In this document: piece after piece, positions 30,728-40,226 of the stretch | Position numbering within the stretch: position 1 is the first letter of the stretch | Layout of the letters: each line of letters begins with the position of its first letter | Source of the DNA: Candidatus Bathyarchaeia archaeon | GTDB taxonomy: Archaea > Thermoproteota > Bathyarchaeia > Bathyarchaeales > Bathycorpusculaceae | Assembly: GCA_049512075.1 (NCBI GenBank) | Contig: JBEKXL010000002.1 | Coordinates: forward strand, 1-64,000 | Length of the DNA: 64,000 nt | Reading direction: 5' to 3' | The notes under the pieces: model-generated | The model's database searches: none | Told to the model about the DNA's origin: nothing | The model's input: only the letters and a program-made list of their open reading frames with translations | Position numbers and translations under genes: made by a program

Positions 30728-30856
30728 TGGCGCCGGGGAAGGGACTCGAACCCCTGCGAGCCAAAGGCCCACTGGCTTGCTTGTCCTTCGATCTAGGCCC
30801 TCTTTTTTCAGAGTATGATCTCGAGGCCAGCGCGATAACCACTCCGCCACCCCGGC
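30728..30856 (-). tRNA. tRNA-Ser(CGA) with 42-nt intron at 37/38 (30778-30819), encoded CCA
   Basis: GCCGGGG acceptor stem, CTGGC/GCCAG anticodon stem, CT-CGA-G loop, long variable arm, GGTTCGAGTCC T arm. Confidence 0.9.
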
Positions 30857-30974
30857 ACTGTCTAAAGATTCTAAGCAGAGGCTTTTAGCTTTATCCAATA
30901 AAGAAATATTGATGCTGCGTTTGTTCGTTAAACGAGCATTGATTGTTCTGCGTACGTGAAAGGGCCAATCCCAT

Positions 30975-31814
30975 TCATGGCCTAACTATTTTCGGTTTCG
31001 GCGTGCGTATTAACGAGGGAAACAACCATTGCCTATTTCTCCTCCTCTTTACAGCGTCCCATTCGTCGAGTATTTTCACAGCTTCGTTCGCGATTCTTAT
31101 GGCATTTTTTTCGCCCTCGCCTGGTTTGAACTCGCTTGTACGGCGGTTGGCGTAAACCGCGCAGATTGAGCCCGCCCTTAGCCCGTAAAGGCCTGCCAAA
31201 GTGTACAACGTTGCCGTTTCCATATCAAAACTGAGCACCCCGGCCTTCTGTAATGTCGGAAGCAGGTTTTCCATATTGGATGAGCAGGTTTTGGCGATTG
31301 TCCGGTTTTGTCCAGCGTAAAAGTCTGAGGTTGTCGCCGCTACGCCCACATGATATTTGCGGATGTTCAAGCTTTCAGAAGCTTCGACCAAGGCCAACAA
31401 GACCTCGTAACTTGCTGCTGCAGGATACTCGGGCATAACGTAACAGTTGCTTGTGCCGTCAAGGCGTACAGCAGCACTGGAAATGATGAGGTCGCCACAA
31501 GCAATGCCTTTTTGAATTGCTCCGGTGCTTCCGACGCGGATGAAAGTGTTCACCCCTATGTTTGAAGATTCGTTGACTGCGATAGCCATGCAAGCTGGAC
31601 CGATGCCGCTTGAGAGGGCGGAGATGGGCACGCCTTTGTACTTGCCCGTGTAGCTGCGGAATTCACGGTGACTGGACACTTCTCTGGCCGAATCCCACGA
31701 TTTCGCGATTCTTGGAACACGGTCTGGGTCGCCTGGCACTAGCAAGTATTCAGTCAGATCACCGGGCCCACAGGCGATGTGGTATTGCTTGTGACTCGAA
31801 ACTGTTGAGTGCAC
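30975..31814 (-). CDS. udp: Uridine phosphorylase-like nucleoside phosphorylase
   Basis: PGDPDRV, HREF, IRVGSTG, DMETA. Confidence 0.85.
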   Translation of the reverse strand: MHSTVSSHKQYHIACGPGDLTEYLLVPGDPDRVPRIAKSWDSAREVSSHREFRSYTGKYKGVPISALSSGIGPACMAIAVNESSNIGVNTFIRVGSTGAIQKGIACGDLIISSAAVRLDGTSNCYVMPEYPAAASYEVLLALVEASESLNIRKYHVGVAATTSDFYAGQNRTIAKTCSSNMENLLPTLQKAGVLSFDMETATLYTLAGLYGLRAGSICAVYANRRTSEFKPGEGEKNAIRIANEAVKILDEWDAVKRRRNRQWLFPSLIRTPKPKIVRP

Positions 31815-31882
31815 CTTGTCTCACCGCAATTAAGATTAAATGTGCAACATTTAATAATAGTGGAACTTGGAGACACTGTTTC

Positions 31883-32158
31883 TTGTCGAGCGAACAGAGA
31901 AGAACCAAGTACGACATCTACGCGGACATAGTGGAAATAGTCGCCAAGAAAGGGCTCTGCTCTTTGACAAGGGTGTCTTATGGAGCCAACATGCCTGTAG
32001 ACCGAACGAAGAAAGAGCTGAATTTTCTGATTGCACACGGCTTCATAAACGAAGTCAACTTCGAAAACTCGAAGAAGTTCAGAGCAACAAAGTGGGGACT
32101 AGAATACCTCGAAACATTCAAGCGCATGCGAAAGTTCTTCGCCGCACTAGAAAAATAG
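31883..32158 (+). CDS. Winged-helix DNA-binding protein
   Basis: TTG start; RRTKYDIYADI...TRVSYGAN...T.WGLEYL. Confidence 0.8.
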   Translation: MSSEQRRTKYDIYADIVEIVAKKGLCSLTRVSYGANMPVDRTKKELNFLIAHGFINEVNFENSKKFRATKWGLEYLETFKRMRKFFAALEK

Positions 32159-32710
32159 AAGACACTGGCACCTTTGGCTGCCGAACGTCCTTGATATTCA
32201 ATGTTCACGCCCAGATTTGTCTACCATCGATCTGCGGCACCTTTCCTACAACACTAAATCCCAACATAAAGAGCAATAATAGGCAGGTGTGATTCGCCGT
32301 CAGACCAGACAGTTTGAGACTACTAGATGTGTTCTCCTCATGTGCGTCGCCTTTTAAGGGATCCGTTGGCTTACCAATTCTCAACAAGAGAATGAGGTGG
32401 TAAGAATGGCAAGACAAGTTAGAAGGAAAATGGGTTGGGACGAAGGATGCGACAATAAAATCGCTAACAGGACTGGACTCTCAGGTATCATCCACAACAT
32501 CTTAGGACTCGATCATCGTGTACACGAACCTACATCTTCCATAACATATGGATGTATTGAGGGTTTTCGGGCACCCCTTAGCTTTGCATCGGCGAAAGAA
32601 ACGGAAGCCCTGCTCAGAAGAGCCCGAATGCTTCAATGAGTGGGTACTAGTCACGAAATGTGAGTGCCCCTTTTAAAGTGGTGCAGCATGTTCAATGTGG
32701 AGGGTGTGAA

Positions 32711-33931
32711 ATGAGCGGTAGAACATCAGTTCCTTCGAGGAGCACGATTACACTTGACAACGTGAACGGAGACCTAGAGATCGGTCGGCATGTGACCGTG
32801 AAAGGATCTTCGTCACCGCCCAAGGTGACGGTTTCTGGCACCGTTCATTGCGAAGGCGACGATACCTTTGAATGCAGCCTTTCTGCGGAAAGCTTTGAAG
32901 CTGAAGACAGTGTGACAGTTCACGGAGACCTAGAAATAAGAGACGAGGTTGAAGTTGAAGACGGCAGCTTGGAAGTCAAAGGAAACATGACCGCAGCGAA
33001 AGTTGACGTTGACGAGAGGTTGTGCGTGAGCAAGAACCTCACTGTTGAGGAAGTTGAGGTGGGAGGAAGCTTGAGGGTTGATGGAAACGTGAAGGCTGAA
33101 GACGTGGATATTGGCGGCACGTTTGAAGCCCAAGGCGAAGCTGTTGCAGACCGCATAGAGGCGGGGGGAAGCCTCAGGATAAGATCCAGGAGTGATATCA
33201 GGAGCTTGGAAGTAGGCGGCACTGCAAGCGTCGCGGGAGGAAGAATCCGCGAAATAGACGTGGGAGGGACTTTCGAGTCGGTGAGTCCTCTGGAATTTGA
33301 AGAAATCGACGTAGGCGGCACAGTGAGACTTGCGGGAAAGAGCAAGGGAGGCGTAATAGACGTCGGAGGTTCATTCAGGGTTGAAGGTGACTTGGAATTT
33401 GAAGAAATCGATGTGGGCGGCACGGTTGAGATAGCAGGCTTGACTCAAGGTTGCCACATGGAAGTCGGGGGCAAAGTTGACATCTCAGGCTCTCTGAAAC
33501 TCTCGGGAAGGCTGGAGGTGGGAGGAAGAGTGAATGTAAGTGAAGAAATCGCAACGAGAGACATAGAGATCGGTGGAACAGTGCGCGCACGCAAAATAGT
33601 AGCTGAAGAACGCGTGGAAGTCGGCGGTTCAATCACAACGAATGAAGGTGTAACTGCCCGCATCGTTGAAATAGGAAGAAGAGGCGAAGTGCACGGGCCC
33701 ATAAGGGCAGACAAGGTCATTATCGATAGGGATGCCCGCGCAGAAAATGTCTACGGAAGGGAAATCCTTCTGCGAACTGGCGCAAGCGCGGACAACATCT
33801 ACGGCCAGACAATTACAATCGAATCCTACTGTGACGTGCACGGCGAAGTGCAATATACTGACGAGTTGAGGGTAGGGGAAAAAGCTTCGCTTTCAAAACA
33901 GCCACAAAAAGTGGACAAGCTTCCATTTTAG
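32711..33931 (+). CDS. Beta-helix repeat protein (bactofilin/polymer-forming-like)
   Basis: Many ~17-aa [ED]VGG repeats, acidic. Confidence 0.75.
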   Translation: MSGRTSVPSRSTITLDNVNGDLEIGRHVTVKGSSSPPKVTVSGTVHCEGDDTFECSLSAESFEAEDSVTVHGDLEIRDEVEVEDGSLEVKGNMTAAKVDVDERLCVSKNLTVEEVEVGGSLRVDGNVKAEDVDIGGTFEAQGEAVADRIEAGGSLRIRSRSDIRSLEVGGTASVAGGRIREIDVGGTFESVSPLEFEEIDVGGTVRLAGKSKGGVIDVGGSFRVEGDLEFEEIDVGGTVEIAGLTQGCHMEVGGKVDISGSLKLSGRLEVGGRVNVSEEIATRDIEIGGTVRARKIVAEERVEVGGSITTNEGVTARIVEIGRRGEVHGPIRADKVIIDRDARAENVYGREILLRTGASADNIYGQTITIESYCDVHGEVQYTDELRVGEKASLSKQPQKVDKLPF

Positions 33932-33942
33932 GGATAGAACCC

Positions 33943-34926
33943 TCAGGGTTTTTTGGGAACCGCTAGGTCGGCTATGTCCACGCTGTGTTCGTAGATTTGT
34001 CTCAGGAATGAGGCTGCTGAGAGGATTTGAGCAACGATGTCGAGTGACTGTGCTCTGGCAACTTCCTCGATTTTGGCAAACTCTTTCTCAACCTTATCCC
34101 GCATCCCCCGAACCTTCTCCGCCACGTCTATGGCGCCTGCCAAGAAAGCCGTCAGGGCGTCTTCGTGAGCTTCAAAGCAAATCGCGTGAAGAGCCAAAAA
34201 CTGTTTTCTCAGGTCTTCATCTAATTTTTCACCATCTAATTCAACCGTCTTCATGGATATGCGCACGCACTCGTCGCCAATGGCTTCCACGAGGCTTGCG
34301 GCCAAACGATAATCTAAACATTCAATCGGCCCAACACCCAGCTTTTCACTCAGACCCGGATTCTGAATTATCGTCCGAAGAATGCGAACAAGAAGGAAGT
34401 AGAGCCTGTTCCCCTCATCGTCCCTTGCCATCACACTCCTCGCCAACGCAACATCGCCATCCACGAAAGCCTTGGCAACGTCGCGGTGCATACTAGCAGC
34501 GATGGTGTACCCACGGCGCAGAATCTTTTCAGGCGGAAAACCCGATGGTTCCAACAAACACTGTAAAACAATGCTGGCATAATCCTCCTCAACTATCTCC
34601 AGCCCGACTAGATGACTAACCGTGTTTTTGACGGTATCTCGCATCTCAAAGCTAATGCGATCTCTTCCTTCAACGCGGATGGCATCAAAACCAAGTAGGT
34701 ACGTTCCAATGATTTCACGGCCCAAATAAGGCCCAGGTTTCAAGGTGGCAACACGCGGCGAAGGCTCAACACCGTGTTTCGCGTCTATGACCAGTTTGCC
34801 CTCACCCGTCTCGCTCAGAGCGAGAATCGATCCTTTCCTTAAGCCGTACTGTTCAGCCCAAGGCTTTGGCAGGCACACAAAAAAGGTACCGCCCGGAGTG
34901 CGTTGCACCTTGCGTAGTTCACTCAT
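33943..34926 (-). CDS. phoU: AbrB-PhoU phosphate uptake regulator
   Basis: RKVQ.TPGGTFFVCLPK.W followed by PhoU helical repeats. Confidence 0.88.
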   Translation of the reverse strand: MSELRKVQRTPGGTFFVCLPKPWAEQYGLRKGSILALSETGEGKLVIDAKHGVEPSPRVATLKPGPYLGREIIGTYLLGFDAIRVEGRDRISFEMRDTVKNTVSHLVGLEIVEEDYASIVLQCLLEPSGFPPEKILRRGYTIAASMHRDVAKAFVDGDVALARSVMARDDEGNRLYFLLVRILRTIIQNPGLSEKLGVGPIECLDYRLAASLVEAIGDECVRISMKTVELDGEKLDEDLRKQFLALHAICFEAHEDALTAFLAGAIDVAEKVRGMRDKVEKEFAKIEEVARAQSLDIVAQILSAASFLRQIYEHSVDIADLAVPKKP

Positions 34927-35362
34927 TGCATCACCAAGCATGTGACTATCGATTACTGCCATCTAACAAGAAACATCCCGTATAGATTAGCGTATTGTTG
35001 TTAGAACCAAAGAGTCGAAGTATGATCAACATACATGCTGCTGAGAAACCAGAAACGAGAACGGGTTTGAGGAAACAGAGAAGCGGAGGCGTGAAATCAG
35101 CGTTAGTAGGCTGCATGCCATTGCGGCACTCAACAATTGAAGTTTGCAAAGCCCGCTGCAGACTAAACACGTTAATAGAAGAAGAAGGATACAGAACAAT
35201 AGAAGTGCGTTCCGCCCCAGCAAGAGCACGTTATCTCCGATCAGAGAGACTTCGGAACAGTTGCGTTGAGGGGGATGTCTTCCACAGCCAAACCAAACAG
35301 AGGCGATGTGGGACGAGGAAGGAGCCTTCGTAGTCGCCCAGGACATGAATGGAGAACTCGGG

Positions 35363-36928
35363 ATGAGTGATGGAGAAAAACTGCAAAAAGCTGTAGAATT
35401 AACCCTTGCGGCAGGGTATCAGATGAATAAGGAAGCCTTCGAATTCTTAAACATAATAATGGCGACGGAAGACCCAGCCGAAGTCATGAGCAAAGCAATC
35501 AAACAGCTAGAAGAACTCGGACAAAGACCGTTCTTCATTGAAAGAAACTTTTTGGAACGAATGGTAGAAGTGGAGAAACCCGCAGAAGAAATTGCCGGCG
35601 AACCCCTTGAGGACCGGCCAGAGCCATTGATAGAACCACAAACGCCACAGATTACAGAGAGCAAGACGCCCTTCCACCCCTACGCAAAAGACGTTGACGC
35701 AAGCATCACCATAATCGACGACCCAAGCACCAAGCTTAGCTCAAGCGGAACAATCGAGGATTACCTAGAGTATTTCCAAGACCGATTCAAACAGACAGAG
35801 AAACTGCTCAGACAAAGAATGGATGTGAAAAGCGCAGCGTCAGTTATGGACGCCTTGAGGTCCCAGTCAGGGACGAGGCTCAAAATAATCGGCATGATAA
35901 CCGAGAAGAGAGAGTCGAAACAGAAGACGATACTCACGGTCGAGGATTTGACAGCGAACATGACCGTGCTTGTGCCCCAGAATGCCTCATCTGACCTTCA
36001 GAAAAAGGCACGGTTCCTCATGCTCGATCAGATTGTCTGTCTAGACGTGGTGAAAACAAGAAGCAATCTGCTAATCGCAGAAGACATTGTCCTACCAGAC
36101 GTACCTCAAAAAACACCTCACAAAGCTCCAGTGCCAGTCTATGCGGCACTTACCTCAGACATGCACGTTGGCAGCACAAAATTCACGCGAGAAGCCTTCG
36201 ACCGCTTCATATTGTGGCTCAACGGCAAATACGGCAATGAAAGGTCACGGGAAATTGCAAGCCACGTCAAGTATGTCCTAGTGGCAGGCGACATAGTCGA
36301 CGGTGTAGGAGTCTACCCTAACCAAGTGAAAGAGCTAGCCATCAAAGACGTGCACAAACAGTACAGGCTCGCCTCAAAGTACCTTGAACAAATCCCAGAC
36401 TACATAGAAGTAATAGTAACACCTGGAAACCACGATGCTCCCAGAAAAGCCTTGCCGCAGCCAGCAATAGCAGACACTTTCCTCGAGACCCTGCAGGACT
36501 CAAGAAAAGTCCGTTCCCTAGGCAACCCATGCACCCTCAGTCTGCACGGTGTTGAGATACTAGTTTTCCATGGACGCAGCTTGGACGATGTGATTTCAAC
36601 AGTGCCGGACATGAGCCACAACCATCCCGAAAAAGCGATGAGACTCCTGATGCAGAGCCGGCACTTGGCACCAGTATACGGTGGAAAAACACCCCTGTCT
36701 CCCGAAAACAGAGACCCGCTCGTCATCCAGCGAGTCCCAGACATTTTCCACGCCGGACACGTGCATGCATTAGAATACGCAAACTACCGCGGGGTGCTGA
36801 TCGTGAACTCAGGATGCTGGCAAGAACAAACAGACTACATGCGGAGAAACGGCTTCATGCCAACACCTGCCAAAGTTCCCGTTGTGAACCTTCAGTCCAT
36901 GGAAGTCACAGTTATTCCGTTCGCATGA
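35363..36928 (+). CDS. polB: DNA polymerase D small subunit DP1
   Basis: SDMHVGS, AGDIVDGVGVYP, PGNHD, HGRS, HAGHVH. Confidence 0.96.
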   Translation: MSDGEKLQKAVELTLAAGYQMNKEAFEFLNIIMATEDPAEVMSKAIKQLEELGQRPFFIERNFLERMVEVEKPAEEIAGEPLEDRPEPLIEPQTPQITESKTPFHPYAKDVDASITIIDDPSTKLSSSGTIEDYLEYFQDRFKQTEKLLRQRMDVKSAASVMDALRSQSGTRLKIIGMITEKRESKQKTILTVEDLTANMTVLVPQNASSDLQKKARFLMLDQIVCLDVVKTRSNLLIAEDIVLPDVPQKTPHKAPVPVYAALTSDMHVGSTKFTREAFDRFILWLNGKYGNERSREIASHVKYVLVAGDIVDGVGVYPNQVKELAIKDVHKQYRLASKYLEQIPDYIEVIVTPGNHDAPRKALPQPAIADTFLETLQDSRKVRSLGNPCTLSLHGVEILVFHGRSLDDVISTVPDMSHNHPEKAMRLLMQSRHLAPVYGGKTPLSPENRDPLVIQRVPDIFHAGHVHALEYANYRGVLIVNSGCWQEQTDYMRRNGFMPTPAKVPVVNLQSMEVTVIPFA

Positions 36929-37050
36929 TAAGCCAGACTCTTCGGCTCCTGCCTTGCCGATATATGGCAAGACCAAGTTCGAAAAAAGCCTGCGTTCTAG
37001 TCGAAAGATTTTAGTCCTCAGCCATTCCAGAAGGAACCAGAGGTGACATC

Positions 37051-37239
37051 ATGCCAGTAGTAATCGTGGAGATGTGGCAAGGAAGAAGCGAGGAACAGAA
37101 GGCAAAGCTCATCAAAGGTATCACAAAGGCGTTTGAGGACATGGACGTTCCAGCCGATCGCCTGCACATAATAATCCACGACGTGCCAAAATGCAACTGG
37201 GGCACATGCGGAGAACCAGCATCCAAGGCAAACCCATAG
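37051..37239 (+). CDS. 4-oxalocrotonate tautomerase family protein
   Basis: N-terminal Pro; GRSEEQK..LI..IT; NWG..G. Confidence 0.88.
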   Translation: MPVVIVEMWQGRSEEQKAKLIKGITKAFEDMDVPADRLHIIIHDVPKCNWGTCGEPASKANP

Positions 37240-37310
37240 ACGCGCGCCAATATCCTCAGTCCCCCAGACGTGAACACCCGTCCACACGCCAGCCTGTTTC
37301 AGCACAGTTT

Positions 37311-37440
37311 GTTATAACACAACATTACATCTGAACAAATAGAGGAAGGGGTCGATTCTGAAGGATATACCGTCCGTTTTCTTCATGGTTTATTACAATG
37401 ACAGATTGCATCTTCTTACAAACGAAATGAGGGGGTCGAC
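37311..37440 (+). repeat. Array C: two diverged units of the ATTACA/G-string family
   Basis: Shares the exact 24-mer GTTTTCTTCATGGTTTATTACAAT (37376-37399) with 15038-15061; units end in GGGGTC. Confidence 0.85.
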
Positions 37441-37645
37441 GACAAGCGTTACAAAGCAACAACTTTGAAGGATATGACACGTTTCTGCTGAAGCACAGCT
37501 TCAACTCCCAGACACCACCGTTTTCGGGTGCCAGAGCCCAGACGAGACGCTAATCGCTGGTTGCATGAGAAGAGAGACAAAGTATGACTCTGCTTGCGAT
37601 TCGAATCGCGCGAGCTATATTTCCCTTTCACTTCGGTTTCATGCT

Positions 37646-38887
37646 TCAGTTGGGGTGTTTCATGAGGCATCTCGGGCTGTAATCGGTTAGACGACCGAGC
37701 CTACTGTCGCCAGCAAACACGTCCTTGATGGTGCTGCGTTGGATCTCCAACCGTATCTTCTTTGTACGACCATACCTTCCCATGCTCACAACCTTCGCGT
37801 TAACCAGCCCCATAGCGTCAAGCTCGTTCACCAACGTGCTCAACCGACGTTGCGTGAGAGGCGTGACACCCACTTCAGCACACAGTTCGTCATAGATTTC
37901 AGAAATCTCACCAGTGATCGCGCCGTTAGCGTTTGTCCTAGTCAAGTGGTAAACGCTCAAAACGACGAGCTTGGAATGCAGAGTCAGGTTCTGAAGACCC
38001 TCGAAAACACGGTTATGCTCAATATGTTTCTCAGCGTCACGCACGTGCTCTTCAACAACGACACCCGCCCCCTTCCGTTCCGCAACTTCGCCAGCCACAC
38101 GCAACAGATCCAGGGCTCGCCTTGCATCTCCGTGTTCAGCAGCGGCCAACGCGGCGCAGAGACCGAGAGCAGCATCAGACAGCGCGTTGTCGCAGAAAGC
38201 CGTCCTCGCACGTTCCGAAAGGATATTCCTCAGTTCGCTCGCATCGTAAGGCTTGAAGACAATCTCCTCTTCACTGAGTGAGCTGAGCACTCGTGGGTCA
38301 AGAAACTCTTTGAACCGAAGGTCGTTTGAGATGCCAATAAGTGTTACTTTGCTCTTGTTCAGGGTCTCATTTATCCTCGTTAACTCGTAGAGAAGGCGAT
38401 CGCCGCGTGATTTCACGAGCGCATCGGCCTCGTCTAGCACGATGATGAAGATTACCCTTGAAACGTCGAGCCCGGCCCTGAGTCTGTCAAAGACCTCACC
38501 TACAGACAACCCAGTGAAAGGGATAGACACGCCCATGCTTTGACACAGACTGGCGAAGACACGGTACTCGGACCCAGCCATGCGACAATTGACGTAGCAG
38601 AACTTTACAGGAGCGTTGAACTCCTTAGCCCTGAACTCAAGGTGGCTAAGCACATACCTTGTCACGGCTGTCTTGCCCGTGCCGGTTTTTCCATAAATAA
38701 ACAGGTTAGAACTTCTAGCGCCTTTGAGCACGGGAGCTACAGTTTCGCCAAGTCGTTTAATCTGTTCGCCCCTGTGAGGCAGCTTATCAGGAATATAGTC
38801 GTGGCGCAACACTTCCCGGTCCTTGAATATCCGCACGTTACTTACAAATCTCTCGAAAACATCGTCAAGAACATCGATGTCACTCAT
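37646..38887 (-). CDS. cdc6: Orc1/Cdc6 replication initiator
   Basis: LPHR, GKTGTGKT, LDEAD, GDARRALDLL, wHTH with GRYGRT. Confidence 0.97.
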   Translation of the reverse strand: MSDIDVLDDVFERFVSNVRIFKDREVLRHDYIPDKLPHRGEQIKRLGETVAPVLKGARSSNLFIYGKTGTGKTAVTRYVLSHLEFRAKEFNAPVKFCYVNCRMAGSEYRVFASLCQSMGVSIPFTGLSVGEVFDRLRAGLDVSRVIFIIVLDEADALVKSRGDRLLYELTRINETLNKSKVTLIGISNDLRFKEFLDPRVLSSLSEEEIVFKPYDASELRNILSERARTAFCDNALSDAALGLCAALAAAEHGDARRALDLLRVAGEVAERKGAGVVVEEHVRDAEKHIEHNRVFEGLQNLTLHSKLVVLSVYHLTRTNANGAITGEISEIYDELCAEVGVTPLTQRRLSTLVNELDAMGLVNAKVVSMGRYGRTKKIRLEIQRSTIKDVFAGDSRLGRLTDYSPRCLMKHPN

Positions 38888-38917
38888 CCTAACCCATCCC
38901 GAAATTTCAAAGGCAAC

Positions 38918-39498
38918 ACCCCCCTTTCCTGTGCAGAGGGATAAGCTATGCCGTACAGAAAACTAAATGCACAACACCACAATCCTAAAAGAAGAGTAGG
39001 CTCACCGTGACGTTACCCGTTTCAAACATACACAGGCCCCACAATTTCCGCTGGAACTCTGTATTAATTCTTGAAATAATGCTGATCCCTTCCTCTTTAA
39101 AGAATATACTCTGAACGGTAAGTATGCACAAGCTATTATAATGATCACTGTTAAACATTTTAGATGGACACACGAAAAAGTTGCTGAACAAAGCACCTGT
39201 TAAACTTGATACCACATTCCAATGGAAACCAAGGGGTGGCCGTCGCCAGAAACTCAATATGATTCATGATTGTCCAAAACAAACCTAGTGTGGACTTTAA
39301 AATATTCACTAGCCTTTTTCAGCAAGACATGATGAAGCAGTAGTAACGAACACTCTGTTACACTCCTTTTCGTTCACTTTTTGTGAAGGCATTGTGAAGT
39401 TGATTTAGCAATGTCTGTTTTTCAGCCTTATTGATCAATTTATTGATTTATTTGTGGCTCTTTCTTGTGAAGGCACCACCCCACGGTTTCTACTGCAG
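38918..39498. other. Probable replication origin (oriC) with ORB elements
   Basis: TTCCAATGGAAACCAAGGGGT (+, 39217-39237), GTTCCAGCGGAAATTGTGGGG (-, 39037-39057), CTGCAGTAGAAACCGTGGGGT (-, 39478-39498), weaker copy at 38918-38937; AT-rich spacers; directly upstream of cdc6. Confidence 0.88.
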
Positions 39499-39697
39499 AA
39501 CCACATCCGCGTCAGGCTCAGCCAGTTCTAGTCCTTCTGCAACCGTGTGAAGGCTGTAACACCAAAGAAACTGCAAATCAGACTTTATTTCAATTTTCCT
39601 CTCCTTTGATTGATTCTCGATATTATGCGCTTCACCGTAACACCTATAACTTGTGAACTGTAAAGTTGTGAACACCACCTTTAGGTGCATACTGTTC

Positions 39698-40126
39698 ATG
39701 CCGGCGAGAAAAGTACGCGTGGATCTGTTCGACACTGAGGGGAATCGCTACTCGATAAGCTTCGAGGGGCAAGTGACCAGAGACAAGGCTTTGCGCCTCT
39801 TGGACCTTGTGGAATTGCTCGGGGGAATGCCTGCGGGTGGCAATCCGGGGAGTGGGTATATGGCACCCGGTAACGAGCTATCGAAGTACGACAAGGTGCG
39901 GGTCATCGTCCAGAGACACTTTCCGGCTGTCTGGTTTTCTTCGTTGGAGGTTCAATCCGTGTATGAGCAAGAGCTAAAAGAACCCATAAGCCTCAGCACA
40001 GTGTCCACATACTTGTCCAGATTGGCAGCGAAAGGGATAGTCCTGAGAACGGGGTCATCCAACAATTTGAGGTATAAAGCGGCTCAAGGTGTTCCGCAAG
40101 CAACTATAAAACAAAAGGTTACCTGA
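39698..40126 (+). CDS. Origin-adjacent protein with C-terminal winged helix
   Basis: WFSS.EV...YE......SLSTVSTYLSRL..KG wHTH. Confidence 0.82.
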   Translation: MPARKVRVDLFDTEGNRYSISFEGQVTRDKALRLLDLVELLGGMPAGGNPGSGYMAPGNELSKYDKVRVIVQRHFPAVWFSSLEVQSVYEQELKEPISLSTVSTYLSRLAAKGIVLRTGSSNNLRYKAAQGVPQATIKQKVT

Positions 40127-40226
40127 TGCAGCTCGAGTGAACTCATTTGCAAGCACGCGTGCTCGCAACGAATCAGCAAGCGCCACTTGTTTTACTTGCA
40201 GCATTTCATTCTGGGACCAGTACCGA

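Larger units (their letters stand above)
27360..30744. mobile_element. Degenerate tRNA-Ser-integrated heavy-metal resistance islet
   Basis: 27360-27380 matches the tRNA 3' end region 30724-30744 at 18/21; contains arsC, arsR, HMA protein and P1B ATPase; no integrase. Confidence 0.6.

Noticed and set aside
32160-32700. ORFs 32205..32417 and 32397..32639
   Set aside because: No motifs or convincing start signals.
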